From: Podarcis bocagei
Lineage: Eukaryota
Assembly (NCBI GenBank): GCA_964188305.1
Contig: OZ076890.1
Reading direction: 5' to 3' (one strand)
Length of the DNA stretch: 64,000 nucleotides
The notes beneath the pieces were generated by a model. The model saw nothing but the letters and a program-made list of their open reading frames with translations. It was not told the DNA's origin and searched no databases. Shown in pieces: positions 26,410-37,982 of the stretch (the first letter of the stretch is position 1; each line of letters begins with the position of its first letter). The translations under genes were made by a program, and so were the position numbers.

Positions 26410-26906
26410 GTAATATTTATTTTATGTTTTCTTCCTTGGCTGAAATTATTTCTTTACCTTTCCTACAGGTTTATGCTGGGGTTAGGGCAGGGGGAACAAT
26501 GTTAACTTGCTTGATTTATGTCTTAAATTGCATCCAGGCCAGCTTCTTTGCTGTTCCATTTAGAAACAACCACCTCATGCATTAGCCTTGATTGTCATCA
26601 AAACACTACCTCATCATTCTGTTTCTCAGTCTCTGTCTGTTAATGCTGAATTTTCTCCTGGTCTCAAAATTCCCATCATCTGTGAATGCATGACTTTGTA
26701 AATGGCTTAAAGGTTTTCTTACAATCAAGCAGTATAAATATGTTGTTAAATGAATAAAAATAAATAATGCCTTCCTACCAGATTTCCAGCAACAAGCATT
26801 TTAATTTCTGCGCTGCTTTGGAAAAGGGTCTACTTTTTGTTTGAAATCCATAGCATTCCATTTAAAGAAGACACTGTGTACACTAATTCAGATGTTTTCT
26901 TTTTAG

Positions 26907-26963
26907 CCTCATCCAAGCCCTTCAGAGGTGTAACAGCAACTGAAAGTCCACATTTGAAAACTG
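26907..26963 (+). CDS. ABI3BP: ABI3BP exon (57 nt): ASSKPFRGVTATESPHLKT
   Basis: ttttctttttag acceptor, G|gtaat donor, phase 1-1. Confidence 0.7.
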
Positions 26964-27077
26964 GTAATCTTGTTTATTTGATGCTGTTTCATTTGAAATA
27001 ATTCAGTATTTTGAGTGTTTGCTAAGTAGCTCCTGAATGTTAACCATATATTTCCCATTCGTTGTATTATAATAATA

Positions 27078-27331
27078 CAGTGGTACCTTGGGATGCGAAC
27101 CGGATCCGTTCCGGAGCCCCGTTCACATCCCGAATGGAACGCAAGATGCGACGGCACATCTGCGCGTGCGCGGGTCTCGTTTCACTGCTACCGCGCATGC
27201 ATGTGACGTCATTTTGAGCATCTGCACGAGCAGTGAAACCCGGAAGTAACATGCTCCATTACTTCCGGGTTGCCATGGAGCGCAACTCAAATGCGCTCAA
27301 CCCAAAGCACATTCAACTCTAGGTATGAGTG
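27078..27331. mobile_element. Tc1/mariner-type MITE (cagtggtacct family)
   Basis: TA + cagtggtaccttggg left TIR, degenerate right TIR. Confidence 0.65.
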
Positions 27332-28059
27332 TACACACATTTTAACCCTCCAAAAACTACTTTTTGAACATTTGATTGTAACAGAGATAACTCTTCCCTC
27401 TTCTTCCTCCATCAACATGCTCAACCTTCTAAGTGCAAGCTCACAGGTTAGGAGAGGGGCGGCAACTATTTTTCTACTGAAGGCTGCGGTCCCCAAATTT
27501 GGGACCTCAAAGATAATCTATTAGGGGCTGCATGCTGACAATAAAATAAAAGTGGACAAAGCCATTGCTGACAATAAAAATGAAAGCAATCAAACCCTTC
27601 AACCATTCTATGGGTTTCAGTTTTGGCTGTGGATCTGTTGTGCTCAACTCCCAAAGTGGGGTTTGAATTATTTTACCTATACCTTAGCTGCTACATTATA
27701 GTATCAACATTTATGTATCATATAAAATTATGATAAGGACCACAGAATTTATCTTGGTAGGGTGAGTGATGTCTTGAGATAACACCTGAGGGGTTTTTTT
27801 GTTTTGTTTTTTAAAAAAATCAAATGTCAAATGTTGGGATAATTGCTGAAATAGCAGAAATTGTGGATTTGGTTATATAAATGCTTTGTAAGCTTGCATA
27901 ATCCTCTAAAACAGATTTTAGATAATGCTAGACTTTTTTTAACATAACAGACTCCTATTTTGCCTTTAGTTGCAGTACCTGGATCATCTCTTACGCTGCA
28001 TGTTATCTTTACTGTACTTCATATCCTTAGAAATTAAACTAGTTTTGTTTTCCTTCTAG

Positions 28060-28128
28060 CAGCACCACATAAAGTATACTTCACTACTGCAAAACCCAAG
28101 ATGACTGATAAGTCACAGACCAGACCTG
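28060..28128 (+). CDS. ABI3BP: ABI3BP exon (69 nt): AAPHKVYFTTAKPKMTDKSQTRP
   Basis: ttttccttctag acceptor, G|gtaat donor. Confidence 0.85.
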
Positions 28129-28931
28129 GTAATATATTGCTTTTTGGATTTTTAAAAAAGTTGGTCAAATGCTTACAGATCCATATTGTTACTCACAGCC
28201 CAATATCTAAGCAGTACATACCAGCAATTTTGTTTCCTAAGTTTTGAGGGAAGCACATGTTAAAGTTTATTTCCGAAAAAGCTTTTTGCAGCCTTTTTCC
28301 ATAGAGTAACATTCCAGTTCTGTTTGTTTGTTTGTTTGTTTGTTTGTTTGTTTATTAATTGTTGTATTAGGATAGTATTACTTCTTTTATTACTTTGACT
28401 TGGCTTAGATGCTAATCGCTACAAAAGACTGAAGCATTGTTTTGCAATTCTAACCTGCATATTCTGAGATAGTCCAGATATTGGGGCTGATCGCATTTAC
28501 AAAAAGTTCTAGTCCAATTTTTGGAGGGTCTCCAATGATAATTTAATTCAATATTAAAATACATAATTTTATCCATACATCATTACTGATTTAATATACA
28601 TTTAATGTATAAATAATAATAATCTGTTGTCCAGATACTTCAAGTAAAATGTGCCTTGAAAAGAACTTGTTTTTGCAGTTATCTGTATTTGCATTGTTAG
28701 TCATTTTTTGAGCAGCAAAGTTAGTGGAGGAACACACATGTATGATCAGTATTTACCTTTCTGATATTTCCTGATAAATGTTATTTTTAATTTTTCAGAT
28801 TTTTACAAAAACAGGGAAACTAACAGCCATAAAACCATAACCTCAGCTCCCTGCCTAGAAATAGTCGGCAGTGGAAATAAATGTATCATTACCTTCTATT
28901 GATTTTACTTTTCTTTGCAATTTCTTTTCAG

Positions 28932-29006
28932 TTGTTGGTAAAACAACACCAGCCCCTGGCAGAACAAGAACATCTGGAGGCTTGACATGGGATAAAGTAC
29001 CAAAAG
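28932..29006 (+). CDS. ABI3BP: ABI3BP exon (75 nt): VVGKTTPAPGRTRTSGGLTWDKVPK
   Basis: tttcttttcag acceptor, G|gtaac donor. Confidence 0.85.
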
Positions 29007-29152
29007 GTAACAGAGGTTTTCATTATAATGGTTATTATTGTTAAGGTTTAAATATAAATATTGTTTGTGCCCAGGATGAGCAACAAATTATTTATCAGTT
29101 GCATATTTAATTTCTTTTGAAAGACATTTAGCACTTCAATTATATGTACACT

Positions 29153-29475
29153 TAAAGGTAAAGGGACCCCTGACCATTAGGTCCAGCTCATCTCGCTTTA
29201 TTGGCCGAGGAAGCCGGCGTACAGCTTCCGAGTCATGTGGCCAGCATGACTAAGCCGCTTCTGGCGAACCAGAGCAGCGCACAGAAATGCTGTTTACCTT
29301 CCCACCGGAGCGGTACCTATTTATCTACTTGCACTTTCACGTGCTTTCGAACTGCTAGGTTGGCAGGAGCTAGGACCGAGCAACGGGAGTTCACCCCGTC
29401 GCAGGGATTCGAACCGCCGACCTTCTGATCGGCAAGTCCTAGGCTCTGCTGTTTAACCCACAGCGCCACCCGCGT
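29153..29475 (-). mobile_element. Sauria-type SINE
   Basis: reverse-complement match to the 7355 family. Confidence 0.87.
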
Positions 29476-30795
29476 ACCTGGGACCAAACTCCACTTAATT
29501 CAATGGAATTTACTTCAGAGTAAACATCCTTAGGATTCCATTGTGTTTTGCATATTTCTGTTTGGGCTTTCATATTGAACTGCCTACAAAACAGCTGAAA
29601 AGGAAGGTAGAAAGGTGATATAATTAATTGCATGATGCTTATGCAGCTAAAAGGGTAGTGGTCAAATGCTTACAGAATGCTTACAGTCAAATGCTGGAAT
29701 CCTAAACACACATACCTGAAAGAAAGTTTGATTTAAATTATTTTGAAATGATGTGTTTAGGTTATGGAGGTGGAGCAATAATCTCCAAGTGAATTGTCTG
29801 GATGATGGAATGTATTGATCCTGATCCCCAGTACAGTCCCCTGTGGGCTCCCAAAATCTACTTGAGTGGAGGACTGTCAGGAGCAGATTCTGAGGCTGTG
29901 CAGGGCTGATGATAAGTGGGGAGGAGAGGAAAGAAGTAGTTCTGGTGTGCAAGTGGAAAACTCCATGCACAACATTGGATTCTGCACATTATATGGTGAA
30001 CTAATAAAGATAATCTGTGTTATGTAGGTCAAGTTTGAGTTTTACAGTTTCTTCAAACTGTGTTCAGTAAATTATTCCAATCTCTGAAATGTAGTAACTG
30101 TTTCTGCTTAACAATTTGGGTAGTGACCTTTATGTAGACTTTTTATGTAGTGCTGCCATTCAGTAATAACCCTTGCCAATTCAAAGAGTATTTAACCATG
30201 AAACAGTTTCCAAACAACAAATCAAATACGCAATCACATGAGGCTGCTTATATTGGTTGAGGCATCAAAGAATTGGATCATTCAGAAGCAATGTGGTTAT
30301 TAAGTGGTAGGCCAAGAGAAGACAAATTCGTAAGTGTAATAGACATGACAATTTTATTTTCATGGACTTTGGAGGAAGTCAGCTATTCAAACATGGGACA
30401 GCCTTAGTCAACTCTTGTAAGGACCATGCAGTTTTTGTAAGAAATCTCTAATATTCATAAAGGGTATTAAAATAGTGATAAGCCATGTATTTGAATTCCT
30501 ACCCCCAGTATTTCATCTGGACAATGTTTATAAATGAATCAAATATTTCCTATAATCTAGATTTTCATGTGAGGGTTTAACAGCGAAGGCCAAATGTAGA
30601 AATTGTTAAAAGTCCTTCACCCACCTCTTGAATTATTAAAATTATGGATTTACAGTAATTAATGTGTTACTGGTCACTGGATTTTTGACCAGATCCACTG
30701 ACCTTTGGCATTTCACCAGATGTCTGGAGGAAATCCCTTGTGTTTCTTTGAACATGTGCAATATGACATATGCATTTTTAAATGTTATTTCACAG

Positions 30796-30903
30796 GCAAC
30801 AAACTAATAGACCAGGATGCTGCTAGGCTTCTTAGTACAAGCTCTAGTACGGGTTCAAACACATCAGTGCATTCCTCAGTCGCAAGAAAAAAACCAGACC
30901 CTG
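30796..30903 (+). CDS. ABI3BP: ABI3BP exon (108 nt): GNKLIDQDAARLLSTSSSTGSNTSVHSSVARKKPDP
   Basis: ttatttcacag acceptor, G|gtaagt donor; resembles the mammalian NVSVDSTHPTKKP segment (recalled). Confidence 0.85.
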
Positions 30904-31666
30904 GTAAGTAAAGAATCTTCTATTACTATGTCCAGCAACATTTACTGGAAGTAATTTCCCATTTAAATTTAAACCATTATATATTAAAAGCATTTTTTTA
31001 AAAAAACATGTCACTTGTCCTCTTTCCCACTGGCGTTCATTAGCTGAGGAGAGTATCTAGGTCTTAAAGTTGGGGGCATTGGAATATCACCCTTGTTATC
31101 CCACTGAAGCCTTCAGGAGGGAATGGGTACAAATCAAAGTGCATACAGATATTCCTGCTAAATTTTTAACTGGAGACCCAATACTAGGAAAGGACATAAA
31201 CACACTTTGTCCAGTCACTCTATGAAGAGAACACAAGACAAGGAAATGAAATATGTTGTAACTATTCCATGGATTAATTAATAAAAAGTCTCTGTCTTCA
31301 AAGCCTGAAGTGTCACTATTATCTTACACATTATACTGTGCATTAAGCATATTTAAATTATACATTTCCAATGATGTAAAAAATGCATTTTGGCTTGGAT
31401 TTATTTGAGAACTTAAGCAAATGGAGAGCACTTTTGCTTGTGTAAAAGGCAATCTCGGGTTCCTGGCCATGTTTCTTGCTCCTGCCACCCAGGTTTCATC
31501 AGGTTCCTCCAATCCCCAGTATGGGTGGAGAAGACAATTTGGTTTGTTTAGGATCTTAATGTGAACCTGCCTCCACAGGTTCCAAAATAATAAGCAAATC
31601 AAAATACTGAATTCCTTTGAATTTTTCACTTTTCTGAAATTTCTGATGCGGTTCTGCAACCAAATA

Positions 31667-31833
31667 CCATATTTTTTGCACCATAACACACTTTTTTCCT
31701 CCTAAAAAGTAAGGGGAAATGTCTGTGCGTGTTATGGAGGGAATGCCTACGGGTGGCATGCCTACGGATTTTCCTCCTCTAAAAACTACGTGCGTGTTAT
31801 GGTCGGGTGCGTGTTATAGAGCGAAAAATACGG
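31667..31833. mobile_element. Tc1/mariner-type MITE (same TIR family as 12992)
   Basis: ccatatttttt... / ...gaaaaatacgg with TA flanks; a second partial copy starts at 31947. Confidence 0.75.
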
Positions 31834-32503
31834 TAATATGTACAAAAATGAATGAATGTTTATTGTTATGGCTAAACAGCCAGCATAGTTGTACAAAAAT
31901 TGGTATATTGGGGGAAAGTGCATAAAAATGGATACGCTAGTGAGTACCGTATTTTTTCGTGTATAAGACACCCCCATTTATAAGATGACCCCTATTTTTT
32001 GAGCCCCAAATTAAGAAATAATTAATTGCAACATTCCGTGTATAAGATGACCTCCAATTTTAAACTTAAAAAACAGGGGAAATTACAGTATTTAATTAAT
32101 TTAATTTATTTATTTATTAGTCTTACATACAGCTCTTCATTATAGGATCTCAGGGCTGTTCACAAGACTGAAATACAAGGTGAAAACAACAAAACAATAA
32201 CCACCCCTCCCACAAACATATTTAAAAGGCTGTATTTTATTTAAAAGGCCTGATTGAAGGGAACGTTTTTGCCTGGCACCTAAAGATATATAATGAAGGT
32301 GCCAGACAAACCTCCCTGGAGAGAGCATTCCACAAACAAAAATGCCATGAAATACATTAAATGAGGGGAAATTGCTTGCAAAAGTGATACCTTTTTATTT
32401 TTTAAAAAAATCACAAACTGATGAAGAACTGAAGTGAGAGAATGAGAGCAAGAGGAACTGACAGATGTGTTCATGTCCAGTCTGTTGGAGCTGTTTTCTA
32501 AGA

Positions 32504-32642
32504 CAGGCATAGGCAAACTCCGGCCCTCCAGATGTTTTGGAACTACAACTCCCATCATCCCTGGCTAACAGGACCAGTGGTCAGGGATGATGGGAATTGT
32601 AGTCTCAAAAACATTTGGAGGGTTGAAATTTGCCTATGCCTG
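32504..32642. mobile_element. 139-bp palindromic hAT MITE
   Basis: TIR caggcataggcaaa / tttgcctatgcctg; perfect 8-bp TSD ttctaaga. Confidence 0.9.
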
Positions 32643-34150
32643 TTCTAAGAGATGCCAGGAGCAGCAGAGAAAATGAGGAGGCAGGGAATCCCCATTCCAC
32701 AAATGGAATGCTGCTCACTGTTTTTAGCATTGAAGACACTTTTAACAAGTAGAAAAATTCAGTTAATAAATTAATGGCCCAGTCTTAAACTTGATAACCT
32801 GAAACCAAACCCCACCGAGTCTCAATGGAACTTGCTTTCCAGTAAGTGTGCATACAACTGACGTTTAAATTACTTTCTATTTAGAGGGAATGATTGATAA
32901 TCATCTTGGGAACCTGTGTGCTCCTGTTGAAAAGAATGTATACATGATAATAATTTGCATTCATCACAGTAGTCCATACTGCTCAGTGCTGCTTTGGCAT
33001 CTCTGTTTGCTGGTCTTCAATTCACGTACTACAACCTCTCTGAAGCTATGCATGAGCTTGTTATACTGATGTTTTTGAAAGTTTCTCCCTTCAAATTCTA
33101 TCTAGCATTAATTAAATCTTGGAAAGAATGCATGGAAAGAAAAGCTTTAAAAATATAAACTACAGAATGCTTTTAACCCTGTAAAGGACAGTGGGCTTTA
33201 ATTTACGTGAACATAAAAGGGCTGGTTACTGCAGTCTTGACACCAAGTTAAATAACATAACAATTGCAACATTTAACAGATAGGCACCTGGAGCACAAAT
33301 GGAATTAAATTATCCATCAACTGACTTTTCGTAGGATCCATTATAATAGTTCTGAAATCAGAGTATATCCAGCTAATATTATACACTCCACCTGCATTGT
33401 ATCTAGAGAGCCCTTACATTCCAAACCTAGGAATATATCCTGCGTTAGCATGGGCAACTTACTTTTTAAGAGCTGTGTGTCGAGCCTTCCTCCCTTCACC
33501 GGCCAACACATGGATGGGTCAAATGCTTTTGGCACGATCCCTTCCAACTCTACCATTCTATGGTTCTCATTAATTCACAGTGGATTTCTGAAGATCACCG
33601 CTCTCCCACTAGGGCCATCATCTGAACTTGATGTGGGAAGAGCTGTGGGTTCTGCTCTAGGAGAGATCAGGGATGTCTTATTCTATTCCTTTGACCAATA
33701 CCAGTGTTATATTAGTGCCCAAATCTCATATTTTTGCATCGGTGGCAATAGCCTTATTGCAAGAAATTATTGGTTTTTGTGCTCACCTTGACCTAACTGG
33801 CTTGTCAATGCCACTTAATTCTGTTTTCTATCAATGTAAGGTCATGAAAGAAGGGTTCTCAACTGAACAGGAGGCATACATTTTTATGAACTAGCTTAGC
33901 TGCCTTGCTGTGCTGTTGTTTTGGTCTGATGCTGGATGCATGCATATTTTCATGCAAGAAATGTAAAAGCTCAAAATAACTCCTTTCAGCTATTCCCTGT
34001 CTTGTGTTTTGTGTTCTTTTGCAGTTCTTATCGCTGAAGCTCATGCCTTAAAATTTTGCTTGAGAAGTGTAGCTATTAGCCATTTTTCTCTTTCTGATTA
34101 CGTGGTGTGCGGTTCCTCCGTTAACAGTGGTGTCTTGTAACGTTATACAG

Positions 34151-34261
34151 TAGCTACACCACCTGACTCTCCGCGACCTCCCTTAGCTCCTGCCAAGCCT
34201 ACACCAATGCGAAGAAAACCTTTGCCACCAAACACGGTGACCGGTAAACCTGGAGGTTCAG
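34151..34261 (+). CDS. ABI3BP: ABI3BP exon (111 nt): VATPPDSPRPPLAPAKPTPMRRKPLPPNTVTGKPGGS
   Basis: RRKPLPPN.VTGKPG is recognisable from mammalian ABI3BP; cag acceptor, G|gtatg donor. Confidence 0.93.
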
Positions 34262-35452
34262 GTATGTTGTCTCATGAGGCAGTTGTTCTACATTCATTCA
34301 TTCATTCATTCATCCATTCATTATTTTATTTAAGGCACTTCTAGACCACTCTTCACTAAATTCAGTTTCAAGGCAAGGTGCAATATATTAAAAACCATGC
34401 ATAAAACTACATTATAAATTAATATAACCTTCTAAAAATGTTGTTGAAACAAACAACAAATTAGCAAGTCCAGCAAGGGCTGCGCTCATCTCCAACGGCA
34501 ACAATTCAGTCAAGCCAAATACCTGGGCAAATAAATGTTTTTGACCATGGGCATAATCCAGAAATCTTGCTTTTTTTCATATGCTCAAACACTTGCTTAC
34601 ATCTCATGAGGCTTTTGTAATTTGTTTCTAACAAACTCTGTTTTTCTCAGCGTTGAATCAGTTACAATTACAGAATGTGTCAGAGGTATCCAGACAAGAA
34701 GGATTCTTTTGCATTCATTTTGAACTATGATAATGTTTTTACAGCTATCCTGGGAATGATTAAAAGCCCCAGTCTTGATTATAAGCCCCAGTTATCCCAA
34801 GAAAGGAAAGGAGCTGGTTTTCTAGGTTGATGTTCCATTGCATGCTATAGTACAAGCCTCTGGGTTCTTTCCTGGTACAGCAGCAAAATTAAGTCTGAAG
34901 ATTTACATGATCAACCTTGTCCACGTGTTTGTGATATACACACACCTGCACACACACACACACACAAAACCACCTGGGATATTACCATAGAACATAGCTC
35001 AGTGTTCAGATGAAGATGAACTGACTTCATTTAGTGGTTCTGATGTATGCGCGGAGTTCTAAATGCACTGGGGCTTTCCTAGTTTCTTCTATGAACATTG
35101 CAGAGAACTAACCACATGTGCAGTAGAGAGTATGGGGTCTTCACAACTCTAGCATATGTGAAGGGGGTCTTGGATAACAGCATTCCACAAAAAAATGGTG
35201 TTTTAACATGTCCCCAGTTGTTGGTTTTTTTACATTCTCATTAAATTTCATCTGAATGTAAGATACTAAACTGCTGATACCTTTTTATATTTCCTTTTTT
35301 CCTAAAACTGAAGACAGTTTACACATGAACTGGAAGCTACTTGTATAGTAAATTCTAGAGGAGAAAAAGAAAACCTATTAATATGGGGTTTTTATATATT
35401 TTTTAAGATAGGGTATTTCAAGACTCAGCATAATTTTGTGTAAGGAGGGTTT

Positions 35453-35510
<58 letters not shown>

Positions 35511-37026
35511 GACTGCTTTAATTTTATCTTTCAAACTATCTCATTTTTCTTTCTGCATTATGTAAAAAGTGCTTTGTTTGTGTCCTGTGTGACGTGATAT
35601 CATTAATCACTTAAAATGGAAGGAGTAATCAGACATATTAATAAATCTGCTGCAAGCTTCTGAATGTTTACTGGCAGGGCATAACTGTTAATATATCCCC
35701 GCATCCATCTTCAACCATGAAAAGTGCCAAACAGCTTTTTAAGCAGAACTTCAGTTCTTTTGAGTATACAGAAAAGTACTTGTAATAACAAATAACAAGC
35801 AACCTTCTTTGAATTTGCTAAAAGAATTAAGTCTCTCTAGTTTGGATAAATTCTGCCAACATTTCTTCAATGCTCACCGAATTACAGGACAGGAATAACA
35901 GTTTTTAATTGTCTCCCATTTTTAATGGGAGGAAGAAATTAGATTTCTCATCGTAACTAATCTTTTTCCATTGATAATTCAGCACAGAAGTGGGAAAATA
36001 AATAAAGGCAAGCCTCAATGAGGGAAGAGTGCATATATTTCAATAACCTCTACTTAAGTTTAATTTAATTTTAGTTGCAGTAGGCTATGGAGATGAGGGC
36101 ATGGTTTCAAAAGCTTCATGGAAAAGATGGGTTCTGAGGGGAAATTCAAAGAATGTTAGAGAGGTGGCATCACACAGGTGTTCTGGAAGGCAATTCAAGG
36201 CAGGCGGGACAGCAGCTGAGAAAGGCTTTTGTCCATAGAGGAAGCCAAGCAAAAGACCATAGGCAGAGAGGCATTGGAATGGAAGAGAACAGACATAGCA
36301 GGAATGGTCAGGGAAGGAGTTTGTCTGGATTGAAGAGAAGAAAGGAAGCTAGTTAGGGATTTACAAAAGATATTTTAATTGTTTTCCTCAATCTCCCAGA
36401 ATGTGGATGGAGATTCACATTAAATATGAAAATTCCACTGAAAGCTATTCAGCATGGATAGACAGCATTTATGCATGTGTTTATGTCAATTTATGCCTAT
36501 GGGCAGACTCACACTATATAATTAAAGCCTATTTGATTCATAATTTAAGCACATGTCTTCCTTCCCAAAGTTCTGGAAGCTGGAGCCTTTACCTTCACAA
36601 AGCTACCATTTCTAGCACCCTTAATAAACTACAGTTCCCAGGATTCTTTGGGGGTGAAAGGTGCTTTGAAAATACTTTAATACATGTCTGGATCTCTCTC
36701 TTTCTCTCTCTTAGCTGAGCCTGATCCAGTCTACCGTTGTTTATCCATTTATCCCTTTCAACACATAGAGTATGGCACAAATGAACCAAGAAAAAAACCA
36801 CAGAAAGTTGCATAGATATGCAATATAAAAATGTGAATTTATATCTAAATCATTTTATCACTTGAAGCTGACATAAGAATTCGTATCTGCTTGTACATCT
36901 CTAGAATCAAGCAAGAAGATTACTTAAAAAGTTGAATTTCTTCAATGGGCTGTGAAATGTTTTATTTAGAATCAATGCTACATTAATTCTAAGTGGACAT
37001 TCAGATTTGTTTCTATTTTCCAATAG

Positions 37027-37146
37027 GAAATGTCTTGATGCCACGAGCCTCTTCATTTTCCACAGCAAAGCCTACAGGGCCAGCAGCTCATGGGAAAACA
37101 AGATCACATAAAAAAACCCCTACAGCATCATCATCTCCAGATTATA
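37027..37146 (+). CDS. ABI3BP: ABI3BP exon (120 nt): GNVLMPRASSFSTAKPTGPAAHGKTRSHKKTPTASSSPDY
   Basis: ttttccaatag acceptor, A|gtaaga donor, frame-preserving, in the position of the mammalian STPRPTGTP exon. Confidence 0.8.
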
Positions 37147-37199
37147 GTAAGAATTTTAGGTGTACATTTGTAGGTTGTTGTTGTTGTTGTGGATTAAAT

Positions 37200-37573
37200 T
37201 TGTTTACAGCCCGTCATCTGTAGATCACAGGGTAATCACAACATAAAAATACAAGATATATAAAATCTTGTGTACAAAATACATAATAAAAAGAACAAAA
37301 TAAAACAATGACCCCCTCCCCAAACCACAAACTCTTTTAAAAAGGTATAGGGTGTTAATCAGGCAAAGGCTGATGGTTGAAGAAGAAGGTTTTTGCTTAG
37401 TGCCTAAAGGTGTATAATGAAAGTGCCAGCTGATCCTCCCGGGGGAGAGCATTCACAAACAGAGAGCCACTTCAGAAAAGACCTGTTCTTGTGTCGCCAC
37501 CCTCCAGATCTTTTGTGGAGGAGGCGCACATAGAAAGGCCCCACCTGGTGATCACAGGATCTGGGTAGGTTCA
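37200..37573 (-). mobile_element. older L2-like LINE fragment interrupted by the Gypsy insertion (continues after 43050)
   Basis: shares gcctaaagg...ggagagcattc motifs with 32100-32340. Confidence 0.55.
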
Positions 37574-37982
37574 TGTAATGGGATGATTAGCTGCTTGTGC
37601 GTAAAATCGTGCTCCCTCAGAGTTTGTGCGACTCCACAAACCTCTGTGTGTGACAGAGCTCCACAAACATGTCTGCTCTTAGTCACTCGTAGAGTCTGAC
37701 AGTGGCTGTCTGCGGAAGCGTTTCCAGCAAAGAAGCTCCTTAACGGAAACGCGTCTCCTGGACTCACGGCGTGACAGTTTCCGGCGAGGTGTGGGTCTCC
37801 CTATGGGAGACTCAGATACCTCCCCGCTGTTCTCGCTGGAAGCGTCTCTGAGCCCTCCCTCCTGCTCGCATTCCCTCAGAGATCCACTCCTCCCCCTGCT
37901 GGTTCCTGCCTCAGCTGTTGAGTCTCTTTCTTCCTCCCTGAGACCCTCCACCGCCTGATGCTCCGATGGCAGTTCCCTGACA
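37574..37982 (-). repeat. 3' LTR (409 bp)
   Basis: direct repeat of 42637-43045; preceded on the minus strand by the purine tract ...GAGGGGGAGGTGGA. Confidence 0.97.
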
